A stretch of DNA of 64,000 nt from an uncultured Thermodesulfobacteriota bacterium (GTDB lineage: Bacteria; Desulfobacterota; WTBG01; CAIYCZ01; CAIRTM01). The position numbers and the translations under genes were made by a program. Below the pieces are notes generated by a model. It saw only the letters and a program-made list of their open reading frames with translations, did not search any database and was not told the origin of the DNA. Location of the stretch: the NCBI GenBank assembly GCA_964621615.1, contig CAZUMW010000003.1, positions 131,619 to 195,618 on the forward strand, read 5' to 3'. Positions 1-10,054 of the stretch are shown here, in pieces. How positions within the stretch are numbered: position 1 is the stretch's first letter; each line of letters starts with the position of its first letter.

Positions 1-1226
1 GCCACGCAGACACGGTGTTTGAGGTGTTCAGGCAGTCGGTTCGGCAAAGAGCCGCTCTCCACCCCCGCGCATATGTGCCGCTCAGCGGGGGGCTTGACAG
101 CCGGCTTATAGCCGCCTGCATTCCTGAAGGGCAGGATGTGCCGCTGTTTACGTTCAATCCTTCGGTTGCAGACCGGGACACGCCGGAGCTTGCTGCAGCC
201 AGAGAGGTCGCCTTTCTGCTGGGGCGGCAGCACCATGTTGTGAAAACCGCGCCGCCGACACGAATCAGCGATCGCTGCCGGAGGGTGGTGCAGGGCACTG
301 GCGGTCAGAAGGGGCTTCATCATGTTGCCGGAGGCGGCTGGCCGCCGGATGATCTTGTTTGCGACCGGATCCGGCTCAGCGGCGGTCCCGGGGATGTGCT
401 GGCCGGCTCGTACCCGAAATCAATCGATTATATTTATGAAGCAAGCACTGCGCAGTGTGTCGAGCACTTCATGAAAGAGTATGTGCGCGGATCTGCGGTT
501 GGAACGCTCAGGCAGGTAATGCGTACCCCGGCAGCCGATGATCTGTCCGGACAGATCGAGCATCGCCTCCGCGATACCATAAGCGGCATGGAAGGCCCGA
601 CTGCAGCGCATAAAGTCACGGCCTGGTCCATGGTATATCGCCAGCCGTCTTTTACGCTTTTGTCGGGCATGCACCAGTCCCTGTGCCGGGGTGACTGCTG
701 CCCCCATCTGGGCTATGACTATGTTGCGCTGATGCTGCAGCTTCCGGCTGACTGGATTTTCCAGCGCAACTTCTACAAATTCATGATCTATCGGTGCATT
801 CCGGGATTGCGGCACGTGATGTACGCCAATACAGGATCGGTGCTTCCGCCGGCTATGACGGACTACCGCTCTCACCGTCAGCCGCAGGCGTCGCGTTTCA
901 GCGTGCGCAGCATGCTTTCAAAGCCCAAAAGTCTGCTTGCGCGCGGCGCCCGGCGCTTGCGGGCAGCTCCGCCACAGCCTGTTCCGGAGAAGCCGTATCT
1001 GCTTCAGGTGCTGCAGCGCGATCAGGACCTGCACGGGCGTATTCGCCGGTGGTCCACGAGCTCGCCGTCCGCGCGCGAGCTGCTGGACCCTGACAAAACC
1101 GTATCGTTTGTTGACCGGGTGGCACAGGACCGCATCGCGCCGCAGGGATACGGCCCTGCAATGGAATGCTTCGGTGCCCTTGCCACGCTGTGCGTAGCCG
1201 ATGAAATGCTCGGCGCGGGCAGTTGA
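1..1226 (+). CDS. Asparagine synthase-like amidotransferase, C-terminal synthetase domain (5' end outside window)
   Basis: Reading frame is open to position 1. It contains the PP-loop motif YVPLSGGLDSRLIA typical of Asn-synthase C-domains. The N-terminal GATase domain is presumably upstream. Confidence 0.5.
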   Translation, partial: HADTVFEVFRQSVRQRAALHPRAYVPLSGGLDSRLIAACIPEGQDVPLFTFNPSVADRDTPELAAAREVAFLLGRQHHVVKTAPPTRISDRCRRVVQGTGGQKGLHHVAGGGWPPDDLVCDRIRLSGGPGDVLAGSYPKSIDYIYEASTAQCVEHFMKEYVRGSAVGTLRQVMRTPAADDLSGQIEHRLRDTISGMEGPTAAHKVTAWSMVYRQPSFTLLSGMHQSLCRGDCCPHLGYDYVALMLQLPADWIFQRNFYKFMIYRCIPGLRHVMYANTGSVLPPAMTDYRSHRQPQASRFSVRSMLSKPKSLLARGARRLRAAPPQPVPEKPYLLQVLQRDQDLHGRIRRWSTSSPSARELLDPDKTVSFVDRVAQDRIAPQGYGPAMECFGALATLCVADEMLGAGS

Positions 1227-1260
1227 TAACGGGCCGCTGTGTCTATGAGGTGTCTTTGCT

Positions 1261-2103
1261 ATGAAGGAAACCATATATTCATCTGAGCCCGCGCTGCGAA
1301 ACTGCGGGCAGCTGTTTCGGCAGATGGTTTGTGACATCATCACATGCCGTGAGCTTGCCTGGCAGCTTTTCATCCGTGATCTCAAAGCGCGTTACCGACA
1401 GACAATCGGGGGCTTTTTCTGGATTGTCGTGCCGCCCATTGTTACAACGCTTACGTTCGCTTTTTTGAATGCCCAGAAAATTATCAATTTTGCCGAAACG
1501 CCGGTCCCTTACGCACCGTATGCGTTTGTCGGCATGCTGCTGTGGGGCAGCTTCCAGGATTCTGTTTTACACCCGCTCCAATCGCTGGAAAAAAACACGG
1601 CGATTCTGATTAAAATACAATTTCCAAGCGAGGCGGTGCTTCTGAGCAGCATGGGAACCCTTGCATTTAATTTTCTGGTGAGAATGGCTCTGATGCTTCC
1701 TGTTTTCGTGTTTTTTGATATCGATGTGTCTGCGACAATGCTGCTGGCCCCGCTGGGTTTTCTGGCTGTCATTGTGCTCGGGCTTGCAATCAGCATTGTG
1801 CTTGCGCCGCTGGCGATGCTCTATAAAGATATCCAGAAAGGGCTGAGCGTTATTATGGGGTTCTGGATGTTTTTAACACCGGTAATCTACCCGCCGCCCA
1901 AACAGGGAGCCGCTCTGATTCTGGCAAAATATAATCCGGTGAGCCCTCTGCTGGTCACGGCGCGCGATTGGGCCTTCGGGTTTGAGCCGCAGTATCTTCA
2001 GAGCTTTTATGCTGTTGCGCTCATGTCCGCTGCTCTTTTTGCTCTCGGGTGGCTTTTGTATCGCCTTGCAAAACCGCATGTGGTTGCCAGGCTGGGGATG
2101 TAA
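1261..2103 (+). CDS. ABC-2 type polysaccharide exporter permease (Wzm/KpsM/TagG-like)
   Basis: 280 aa polytopic membrane protein. The N-terminal ELAWQLFIRDLKARYRQTIGGFFW is a hallmark of ABC-2 permeases. Immediately followed by an ABC ATPase gene. Confidence 0.75.
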   Translation: MKETIYSSEPALRNCGQLFRQMVCDIITCRELAWQLFIRDLKARYRQTIGGFFWIVVPPIVTTLTFAFLNAQKIINFAETPVPYAPYAFVGMLLWGSFQDSVLHPLQSLEKNTAILIKIQFPSEAVLLSSMGTLAFNFLVRMALMLPVFVFFDIDVSATMLLAPLGFLAVIVLGLAISIVLAPLAMLYKDIQKGLSVIMGFWMFLTPVIYPPPKQGAALILAKYNPVSPLLVTARDWAFGFEPQYLQSFYAVALMSAALFALGWLLYRLAKPHVVARLGM

Positions 2104-2105
2104 CA

Positions 2106-3449
2106 ATGGCCGTTAATGACGATGACAGCCGGCATATTCGGCACCGCAGCTCGCCAGACGAGGTTCTGCTGCGCGTTGAAAATGCCGGAAAGAAATTCTG
2201 CACCGACCTCAAGCGCTCCCTGTGGTACGGGGTAAAGGATATCGCCTCCGAGGTTTTTGCGTTAAACAGCAAAGCCCGGCTGCGCAAACAGGAGTTCTGG
2301 GCAAACAAGAGCATTTCCTTTGAGCTGCGCCGGGGAGAAATTATCGGCATCATCGGGCCAAATGGAGCGGGAAAGACCACCCTGCTCAAAATGATCAACG
2401 GAATTATAAAGCCCGATGAGGGCACAATAACCATTAAGGGGGCTGTCGGGGCGCTTATAGCGCTCGGGGCGGGGTTTAACCCCATACTGACCGCGCGTGA
2501 AAATATTTATATAAACAGCGCGGTACTGGGAGTGCCGAAGCGCAAAATCGATGAATCAATTGAAAAGATCATAGCGTTTGCCGAGCTTGAAGATTTTGTC
2601 GACACGCCGGTACAGAATTACAGCTCGGGCATGCGGGTGCGCCTTGGCTTTTCTGTGGCAATCAACATCGCACCCGATGTCCTGATAATTGATGAAGTCC
2701 TGGCTGTCGGCGATCAGGCGTTCAAGCGGAAAGCACAGGAGCAAATCAGGAATCTGCTTTCTTCAGGCGTTGCCGTATTATTCGTGTCACACAATTTAAC
2801 GCAGGTCGCCCGGCTGTGCTCACGTGTGATACATCTTGAGCACGGGAAAATAAAGTCCTTTGGTGATGCGGGCCGGATCGTAGCATCCTATATTGCCGAA
2901 TCCGAAGAGCAGCCCCTGGGCAGCCCGCTTGATAATGCAGAAGCGATTATGACGCGGGCCGAGGCTGCAGATTGGGATAAGCTGATTGTGCACCGGATTC
3001 AGCTTTTCAATCAGAGCGGTGTGGAAACGGCATGCTTTAATACCTTTGATGATATCATCATTCAGATAACGTTCGAATTGCGGCGGCATTTGAAAAACAT
3101 GGAGTTTCAGATAAAAATCAATACAATGTCAGGCGAGCTGGTGTGCAAGTCGATTGCAAAACAAAATGAAAGCGAGATTTTTGAGCTGCACGTCAGGCAT
3201 GCTGTTCAGTGCCGGTTTATCAAGGCGCCCATAGGCAGAGGCCGCTATTCTATTGACCTTTTTGCCGGTGATGAGCACGGGTATATGTTCAAGTCGACGA
3301 TGGCTGCTGAAATCACATTCGAGACCCGCTATAATAATATAAAAAAAATCGGTGACTCGGTATGGTCGGATGAAGACGCGTACAGCAATCTGAGAGAGGT
3401 GACTGATCCGAGCCTGGTACATGTGAAATCGCAGTGGGAGCGTTGGTAA
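2106..3449 (+). CDS. ABC transporter ATP-binding protein (Wzt/TagH-like) with C-terminal extra domain
   Basis: Walker A GPNGAGKTT, signature YSSGMRVRL, Walker B LIIDEVLAVGD. A ~200 aa C-terminal extension resembles the substrate-binding domains of Wzt proteins. The ATG at 2106 lies 2 nt after the permease stop. Confidence 0.8.
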   Translation: MAVNDDDSRHIRHRSSPDEVLLRVENAGKKFCTDLKRSLWYGVKDIASEVFALNSKARLRKQEFWANKSISFELRRGEIIGIIGPNGAGKTTLLKMINGIIKPDEGTITIKGAVGALIALGAGFNPILTARENIYINSAVLGVPKRKIDESIEKIIAFAELEDFVDTPVQNYSSGMRVRLGFSVAINIAPDVLIIDEVLAVGDQAFKRKAQEQIRNLLSSGVAVLFVSHNLTQVARLCSRVIHLEHGKIKSFGDAGRIVASYIAESEEQPLGSPLDNAEAIMTRAEAADWDKLIVHRIQLFNQSGVETACFNTFDDIIIQITFELRRHLKNMEFQIKINTMSGELVCKSIAKQNESEIFELHVRHAVQCRFIKAPIGRGRYSIDLFAGDEHGYMFKSTMAAEITFETRYNNIKKIGDSVWSDEDAYSNLREVTDPSLVHVKSQWERW

Positions 3450-3474
3450 CCTGCACAGAAATCATACGACTGCA

Positions 3475-4455
3475 ATGCAAAAGCCTCTGGTTTTACATAT
3501 AGGTGTCGGGAAAACAGCGACCACATTGTGGCAGAAAAAAGTCTTTCCCCGGCACGGGGACATAGATTACCTCGGGCATCCGCCGCGCAATACCGCTTTG
3601 TCTGATCGCCATCAGAAAGTACAGCAGCTGACAAAAGCACTCATAAGCCTCGATGCGCTGGCCTTTGATGCATCCTACTGGAAACAGTTTTATGAAAGAG
3701 AAATTCAGCCGCATACCGCAGGCGATAAAACCAGAATATTGTCGGAGGAATGGCTGTCGGGGACGCCGGTTTCCCTGTTTCGAACAGATAGAGCGCTTAT
3801 TGCCGGGCGGTTACGTGATGTGTTCGGGAAATGCTGCATTCTTATTGTTATCAGGGACCAGCTCAGCGTTGTGGAATCGATTTATGAAAAGCATCGCTTT
3901 ATGGTTGAGCAGCTATATGATTGGCGCCGTCAGGACAGGCTTTTCACAGATGATATTTCATTTAGCGCATATATCGATTTGTTAATGAGAACGTCTGAAT
4001 GGGGTATACTCTCATTGTATAAGTATTCCGGGTTGATTAATCTATATACATCGCTGTTCGGAAGGGAAAATGTAAAGGTTATGCTGTATGAAGACTTTGA
4101 TGGTAATAAAGAGCATTTTTGTCAGGAAATAGCTGATTTTCTTCAAATAAATTGTAAAGAATTGTTAATAAAGATGCCAAATAGTAGATTGAAAATGAGG
4201 ATATCTGATATTGATCAAAAAATTTTATTTTTAGAAAAAAACAAAAATATAAAAAATAGTATCTTAAGATTTTATATTAAGTTTTCATTGAAAAAATTAT
4301 TAATAAAACAAAAGTTTTTAAAGCATACCAATCCGTATCGTGACCATTACACTGAGGAGACCAGGCAGAAAATACATGACTTTTTCAAAGAAGACAATCA
4401 CATTATTGCTCGCCGGCTGGGGCTTAATCTGAATAAATACCGGTATCCTTTATAA
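3475..4455 (+). CDS. Sulfotransferase-family protein (putative)
   Basis: N-terminal P-loop-like LHIGVGKTATT resembles the 5'-PSB motif of sulfotransferases. The C-terminal half is very AT-rich and K/N-rich. Confidence 0.45.
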   Translation: MQKPLVLHIGVGKTATTLWQKKVFPRHGDIDYLGHPPRNTALSDRHQKVQQLTKALISLDALAFDASYWKQFYEREIQPHTAGDKTRILSEEWLSGTPVSLFRTDRALIAGRLRDVFGKCCILIVIRDQLSVVESIYEKHRFMVEQLYDWRRQDRLFTDDISFSAYIDLLMRTSEWGILSLYKYSGLINLYTSLFGRENVKVMLYEDFDGNKEHFCQEIADFLQINCKELLIKMPNSRLKMRISDIDQKILFLEKNKNIKNSILRFYIKFSLKKLLIKQKFLKHTNPYRDHYTEETRQKIHDFFKEDNHIIARRLGLNLNKYRYPL

Positions 4456-4465
4456 GAATACACCC

Positions 4466-5290
4466 ATGACCCTGCCGAATTTTATAATAGCAGGCGCTAC
4501 CCGTTCGGGAACGTCATCGCTCCATGTGTACTTACGGAAGCACCCTGACGTATATATGCCTGAAAAAAAAGAATTGAATTATTTTAATAATAACGAGGAA
4601 TACAATAAAGGAATTGATTATTACCGGAAACATTTCGAACAGTATAACGGGGAAACAGCGGTAGGCGAAGCAACACCGATGTATATGGAGAAAGGTATTG
4701 TGTACCATTCATCAGGTCAATACGGCTTTCAGGAGGGAAACGATGCCATTGAACGGATTGCCCATGATTTACACAACTGCCGCATAATTATAAGTGTGAG
4801 AAACCCTGTTGATCGTATTTTTTCCATGTACTGGAAAAATTTTTATCAGGGAAAATTACGCTATACATTACATCATTATTTAAAAATGGAAATACACGGG
4901 AAAACAACATGTCTCTCCTCACCGTTTTGTTTTTTGTATCGAAATAAATATGATATTCATTTAAGCAATATATATAATTATATAAAAAAAGAGAATGTTT
5001 TGATTTTGTTTTTTGAGGAGTGGATTAATAATACAAATGAAACAATGAAGACAATATGTAAATTTTTAAATGTATCATATATTAATAAATTTAATTTTTT
5101 TGAAAAAATTAATAAAATTAATATTTACAAAAATAATGATAAATATTTTAATTTTATAATTTTAAAAATTTTTAACAGGCTCAATCATAGAAAAACAAGA
5201 AATATAATTCTTGAAAACTTAGAAGATAGTATTGTTCATGCTGAGGCTCTGTTAGGGCGCTCTTTTGATCTCTGGAGAGTGAAACGCTAA
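4466..5290 (+). CDS. Sulfotransferase-family protein
   Basis: N-terminal FIIAGATRSGTSSL (PAPS 5'-phosphosulfate-binding loop). The 3' half is extremely AT-rich. Confidence 0.6.
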   Translation: MTLPNFIIAGATRSGTSSLHVYLRKHPDVYMPEKKELNYFNNNEEYNKGIDYYRKHFEQYNGETAVGEATPMYMEKGIVYHSSGQYGFQEGNDAIERIAHDLHNCRIIISVRNPVDRIFSMYWKNFYQGKLRYTLHHYLKMEIHGKTTCLSSPFCFLYRNKYDIHLSNIYNYIKKENVLILFFEEWINNTNETMKTICKFLNVSYINKFNFFEKINKINIYKNNDKYFNFIILKIFNRLNHRKTRNIILENLEDSIVHAEALLGRSFDLWRVKR

Positions 5291-5298
5291 TTGACATC

Positions 5299-6084
5299 AT
5301 GGATAAGAAGGCAATGTATGCGGTTGTGTTAAGCTGTGATGCGTATAGATCGTTAGCCGAGCATATGATCTGCCGGTACAGGACGCTGTGGCCTGATCAT
5401 CCGTTCTGTTTTCGGCTGCCGTATCAGCAATTAAACGGCACCGACACAGCACAGGTGAACTATATCCGGACACCGGCAGGAATAAAAGACACCGTACTTA
5501 CGTTATTGGACGACCTCGGTGATAACGAGTGGATATATTGGTGTATCGATGATAAATATCCTGTTTTTTTAGATACAAAAGTTAAAAAAATAGCTCAGTG
5601 GGTCCGCGAAATTACAGAGATAACTGTCAGCGGTATTTTATTTTCCCGGCCTGAGAAATTATATCAGAAGGGGACCCTGAATAAAGACAGCATCACATCA
5701 CATGGGGGTATAAAACTGCGCGGCCGGACCGGCTATGATGCGATATGGAACCATCAGTTTTTACGAGTCAAGGTTATACGGCATTTATTTAATAATTTTC
5801 CGTCCCCGATTCATTGTGCGAAGAACATGGATCCGCTCAAAAGAAGCGTGACGCTTCCCCCGACGCACCGGTTGTTTGTAACAAAAAAAAGTTATGCTGT
5901 TTTTGGAGAGAGCACGTCCCGCGGTTTATTGACAAAAAATTGTTACGACAGCATCATGAAAAATAATTTGCCGTTACCCCCCTGGTTCAGCCAGACGAAC
6001 GGTGAAATAAAAATTCTCGGTAAAACCGGCTTTCTTACTTCGATGAGAATTTTTTTTGATAAAGTCCGGTCTGCAAAATTATAA
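5299..6084 (+). CDS. Hypothetical protein, possibly a nucleotide-sugar-dependent transferase
   Basis: 261 aa ORF in operon context. Contains a DxD-like CIDDKY. No firm family recognised. Confidence 0.3.
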   Translation: MDKKAMYAVVLSCDAYRSLAEHMICRYRTLWPDHPFCFRLPYQQLNGTDTAQVNYIRTPAGIKDTVLTLLDDLGDNEWIYWCIDDKYPVFLDTKVKKIAQWVREITEITVSGILFSRPEKLYQKGTLNKDSITSHGGIKLRGRTGYDAIWNHQFLRVKVIRHLFNNFPSPIHCAKNMDPLKRSVTLPPTHRLFVTKKSYAVFGESTSRGLLTKNCYDSIMKNNLPLPPWFSQTNGEIKILGKTGFLTSMRIFFDKVRSAKL

Positions 6085-6085
6085 T

Positions 6086-6115
6086 GTACTCCGCTGATTG
6101 GAGTACGTTTGTTCG
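6086..6115 (+). terminator. Weak hairpin terminator candidate
   Basis: GTACTCC-gctgatt-GGAGTAC followed by GTTTGTT, directly after the stop codon of the 5299-6084 gene. Confidence 0.3.
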
Positions 6116-6171
6116 GAATCCGGTAAACAATTTCGATTCTCTATTTTTCGGCGAACCTGTAAGCGTGCGAA

Positions 6172-7077
6172 ATGAATAATTTATTTTTTATATTGTATGA
6201 TTCACGATCCGGCTCTACTTTTCTTGCCAATCATTTGAGCAGATTATCTAATATTATTATACCCCCGGAAAATAATATAATTTCCTTACTTTTAAAAAAA
6301 TATCCTATCGAACAAAAGGTATCATTGGCTGACGTCATGAATTCAATATATGAGGATAGCAAATTTCAGGACTGGAATCTTGAAAGGGAATATATTGCAT
6401 CATATTTTAAAAACAAAAATATTGTAAGCATTAGAGAGTTTCTTGTTGGGTTGTTTTTTGTATATTGCACAAAGCTCGACAGTAAGGATTATCTTTTTGG
6501 AATAAAAAAGGGCAGTTATATCTTTTATTGGCGATCGATTAGAGCATTATTCCCTGAGGCAAAATTTGTGTGCCTCATACGAGACGGCAGAGCCGTATTT
6601 AACTCAAAAAAAAAGAGCATTTATTCAAAGACAGGAGAACCTTTTGAAAAAAGCCCTGTTCATGCTGCCGTTAAATGGAAAAACAAAATTCATGAAATAC
6701 GCAAACTGGAAGAAGAGCTGCCCGATAATACGCTTGTTGTATTATATGAAGACATAATGAAGGATTATGACCAAATGCTTGCTAAGATAAGTGAATTTTT
6801 GGGTGCCTCCCGGAATGCACAATATCATATGTATGCCCTGCCTGATAAGTATTCCAATCTTCACCCTCACATTGACAGCCCTCCCAAACTGGAACATATT
6901 AACAAATGGGAAAACGAGCTGTGTGATAATGAAATTGTAGCGTTTGAGACGATCGCGCACCAGGAATTACAAAAGAATGGATACCGGTTAAAAAGTAATA
7001 AAATTGAAAGGCTTACTATTCGATGCAGGCTGCAGTTAAAAAAATTTTTACGCAATACACGAATTGAGCGTACGTGA
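6172..7077 (+). CDS. Sulfotransferase-family protein (Stf0-like)
   Basis: N-terminal FFILYDSRSGSTFLANHL (PAPS-binding P-loop). AT-rich gene. Confidence 0.55.
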   Translation: MNNLFFILYDSRSGSTFLANHLSRLSNIIIPPENNIISLLLKKYPIEQKVSLADVMNSIYEDSKFQDWNLEREYIASYFKNKNIVSIREFLVGLFFVYCTKLDSKDYLFGIKKGSYIFYWRSIRALFPEAKFVCLIRDGRAVFNSKKKSIYSKTGEPFEKSPVHAAVKWKNKIHEIRKLEEELPDNTLVVLYEDIMKDYDQMLAKISEFLGASRNAQYHMYALPDKYSNLHPHIDSPPKLEHINKWENELCDNEIVAFETIAHQELQKNGYRLKSNKIERLTIRCRLQLKKFLRNTRIERT

Positions 7078-7154
7078 GAAGATGGTGTCGGAAAAGGGAT
7101 CTCACAGGTGAGATAAGCAGCGACGTTTTTTCATGCATGTTCATATGGTAGGCA

Positions 7155-8102
7155 GTGATGTTGATTATATGGAGTAGATTAAAAAAACAAAAGATTGCTA
7201 ATGTGTCATTGCTTTATCATATGGTCGGCTATGATCATAAAAATAATTTTATTAACAATAATATACATGGGATTGATGAAGATACATTCTATAGTCAAAT
7301 AAAATTATTAAAAAATAAATTTAGTTTTATTTATATAGATGAGATGGTCGAGAGAATAAAAAAAAGAAAATCTATAAAAAAACAGGCTTCAGTTACCTTT
7401 GATGACGGATATGTATCAATTTTGAATAAGGCTGTGCCGATTCTTGAGAGCTTAGAGATACCGGCGACACTTTTTTTGACAACAAAGCTTATTACCGGAG
7501 GCTCTTTTTGGCGTGACAAGGTGCGATACATCATTAACACCGGAATGACGCAGGAATTTCTTTCCTACGCGCGTCGGCGGGAACCGCTTTTTCATAATGT
7601 CCGGTCTGAATCTTTTTACCGTGAAACCAAGGACCCGGCTGTTATACACAGCGGGGCTGTTGAAACAATGCTGGACCGCTTTTTCTCGTACAAAGATATT
7701 GAGATCGAGCCGTATGCGAAAAAAACATATTGCAGTAAGAATGACCTTGCCGGCAGGCGGAATCGCTATCTGATGTTCGGCAATCACACGCACAGCCATT
7801 ATGTTTTATCCAGTCTTAACACAGATGAACAATATGAAGAGATTGTGCAGGCTGAAAAAATATTACATTTACTTGGGCTTCCCCTGTCAAAGGTTTTTTC
7901 CATCCCGTTTGGCCGGGATAGAGATTTTACTGCAGAAACACTCGACATACTCAGGCAGCGCGGGTATTCCGGGTATGCCATGTCTTCAGGGAGCACGATT
8001 GAAAATGCCTTTTCACCTGCAGTCGGCATCCGCAAAAATGACCTTGTCAGAATAAACCGGCTTATGCCTGAAAATAAACCAGCGGCATTTGTTCAACAAT
8101 GA
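7155..8102 (+). CDS. Polysaccharide deacetylase (NodB/CE4 family)
   Basis: VTFDDGYVSILNKAVPILESLEIPATLFLTT is the canonical CE4 TFDDG motif region. Conserved His-containing segment later in the protein. Confidence 0.7.
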   Translation: MMLIIWSRLKKQKIANVSLLYHMVGYDHKNNFINNNIHGIDEDTFYSQIKLLKNKFSFIYIDEMVERIKKRKSIKKQASVTFDDGYVSILNKAVPILESLEIPATLFLTTKLITGGSFWRDKVRYIINTGMTQEFLSYARRREPLFHNVRSESFYRETKDPAVIHSGAVETMLDRFFSYKDIEIEPYAKKTYCSKNDLAGRRNRYLMFGNHTHSHYVLSSLNTDEQYEEIVQAEKILHLLGLPLSKVFSIPFGRDRDFTAETLDILRQRGYSGYAMSSGSTIENAFSPAVGIRKNDLVRINRLMPENKPAAFVQQ

Positions 8103-8911
8103 GCAGAATAAACAGAAAACAAACGGGAGTATGCTTTGCTGTCGGGTGCGGGAGATCCGGAACCCATTTCCTCACGCGGATATTTAAAGAGGATCCCGCC
8201 ATTGCTTCTCATCATCTGGACACTATCGGTGAGTCAACCGGTGACAGCTTTCTTGAGTACTGCGAATGGAACCGGCTTCCGGTGGATCACGAAGGGTTTT
8301 TTCTGAATCGAAAAGAGCTGATAGACAGGTCAGCAGCAGCGGGCCGGTTATATTTTGAGGCAAATCCCTATCTTTCATTGAGCATTGTTCCCCTTCGCGA
8401 ACGATTTAATGCACAGGTTATCGCCCTGGTGAGAAACCCCCATGATGTGGTTAACTCTCATTATGTGAAAGGCTGGTATGAATACAATTTTGTGAGGGGA
8501 AGCAGCGCAAAGGCGCCCGGCTATCAATATCAAGCAAAAAGGGCAAACCATTTTTTCGGCAGAATTGTTCCGAGCGGCAATGAGTTCGACCGCTGGCTCC
8601 GGTTGTCAAGAATAGGAAAAATAGCATGGATGTGGAATGCGGTTAACAAAGAAATCATCAGTCAGCTCAGCGCTGTTCCGGAAGAGCATTGCCGGCTGAT
8701 AAAGGTGGAACATATTGATTTCGATATGTATCTGCAGCTGCATTCTTTTATCGGCGGCAAAGCGGCGATGACAAAAAGCGAGTTCAGCAAAATCAAAAAC
8801 AACAGGCCGGGGAAGGGACCTGAGAAGAGGCATATGTCCGATTGGTCGAGTCGGGAAAAAAGGGAATTTATAAAAGAAACAGAAGAAATGTGTTCGATCC
8901 TGAGCTACTGA
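8099..8911 (+). CDS. Sulfotransferase-family protein
   Basis: N-terminal CFAVGCGRSGTHFLTRIF P-loop. Overlaps the deacetylase stop (ATGA). Confidence 0.55.
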   Translation: MSRINRKQTGVCFAVGCGRSGTHFLTRIFKEDPAIASHHLDTIGESTGDSFLEYCEWNRLPVDHEGFFLNRKELIDRSAAAGRLYFEANPYLSLSIVPLRERFNAQVIALVRNPHDVVNSHYVKGWYEYNFVRGSSAKAPGYQYQAKRANHFFGRIVPSGNEFDRWLRLSRIGKIAWMWNAVNKEIISQLSAVPEEHCRLIKVEHIDFDMYLQLHSFIGGKAAMTKSEFSKIKNNRPGKGPEKRHMSDWSSREKREFIKETEEMCSILSY

Positions 8912-8980
8912 ACAGATGCACGCACATTGTATGCAGGACGGCTGTCTTTACTCCGGGACGAACCATCATGATGGTTTTTT

Positions 8981-9940
8981 ATGGATGATCACGATATTAC
9001 CGTGGTAATACGCTCAGCGCAGGACCGTACCGCGGCCGTCTGCAGTTATTTGGTAGGAAAATTATTTTCCGGTGATCGCGTATATAGTATTGAAGAAAGA
9101 CCTTTCTCAGCCGCGGTGCGAGCGGCGCTCGCAATAGGAGCTGAGCGCAGCCGGCCGTGGACGATGGTTGTTGATGCTGATGTGCTGATATCTGCAGGCG
9201 GTGTGGCTGCCCTTTGTAATGCAGCCGAAGCCGCTCCTGATAATTTTTTTGCGGTACAGGGCCTTATTTTGGATAAATTTTTTCCGGTCTTCCGCCCGTC
9301 AGGCATTCATATGTACAGAACGTCTTTAATTGATACGGCTCTCAGGTGCATACCTGCAGAGGGCACTTCTTTGCGCCCTGAATCGGATATGATCGATTCC
9401 ATGGCTCAGATGGGCTGCCCGTGGCTGCAGTGTGACGCCGTGGTCGGGGTTCACGATTTTGAGCAATACTACGCCGATATATTCAGGAAATGTTTTGTGC
9501 ATGCGCACAAGCATCAAAGCGTTATCGGCAGAGCTGAAGCATACTGGCGGGAGCAGCTCGACAGGGATTATGACTTCCAGGTGGCGCTGTGGGGCAGCGC
9601 TCTCGGCAAATCACATACCGGGCCGGTTGCTATAGATAAACAATGTGCCGAAAGACAATTTTGTGAGGTTGCTTCGATTAAGGGGATTGAGGAGAAGCCG
9701 GAGCTGTCCACGGGGGGCGACGATGCTGTTGCGGACAAAATATTGGGCGCCTATGACAGGGACTCTTTTGCTGAGTTACAGGCTGCCTTTTTTCGCAAAG
9801 AGCGGTGGAACATGGTTCATCGGTACGATGCCGAGACAAACGATACGGGGGCTGCAGGGCGGATGCCGTTTGTGAGAAAAGTACTGAGCGCAGCGGGCAA
9901 TGGCCTGATAGCCCTCGGGAAGCGTCTGCGGCATCAGTAA
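8981..9940 (+). CDS. Hypothetical protein, possible GT-A glycosyltransferase
   Basis: 319 aa. Has a VVDADV DxD-like motif. Family not firmly recognised. Confidence 0.3.
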   Translation: MDDHDITVVIRSAQDRTAAVCSYLVGKLFSGDRVYSIEERPFSAAVRAALAIGAERSRPWTMVVDADVLISAGGVAALCNAAEAAPDNFFAVQGLILDKFFPVFRPSGIHMYRTSLIDTALRCIPAEGTSLRPESDMIDSMAQMGCPWLQCDAVVGVHDFEQYYADIFRKCFVHAHKHQSVIGRAEAYWREQLDRDYDFQVALWGSALGKSHTGPVAIDKQCAERQFCEVASIKGIEEKPELSTGGDDAVADKILGAYDRDSFAELQAAFFRKERWNMVHRYDAETNDTGAAGRMPFVRKVLSAAGNGLIALGKRLRHQ

Positions 9941-10054
9941 GCGGCTTCACGGACACCGCAAAGCGTTGTGCAGCGGGTGCAGCACAGCGGTTCGGGGTGC
10001 GGTGTTTTATTCTCACGGATAGAGCCTCATGCCGTGATGGCAGCAACTGTGCGG

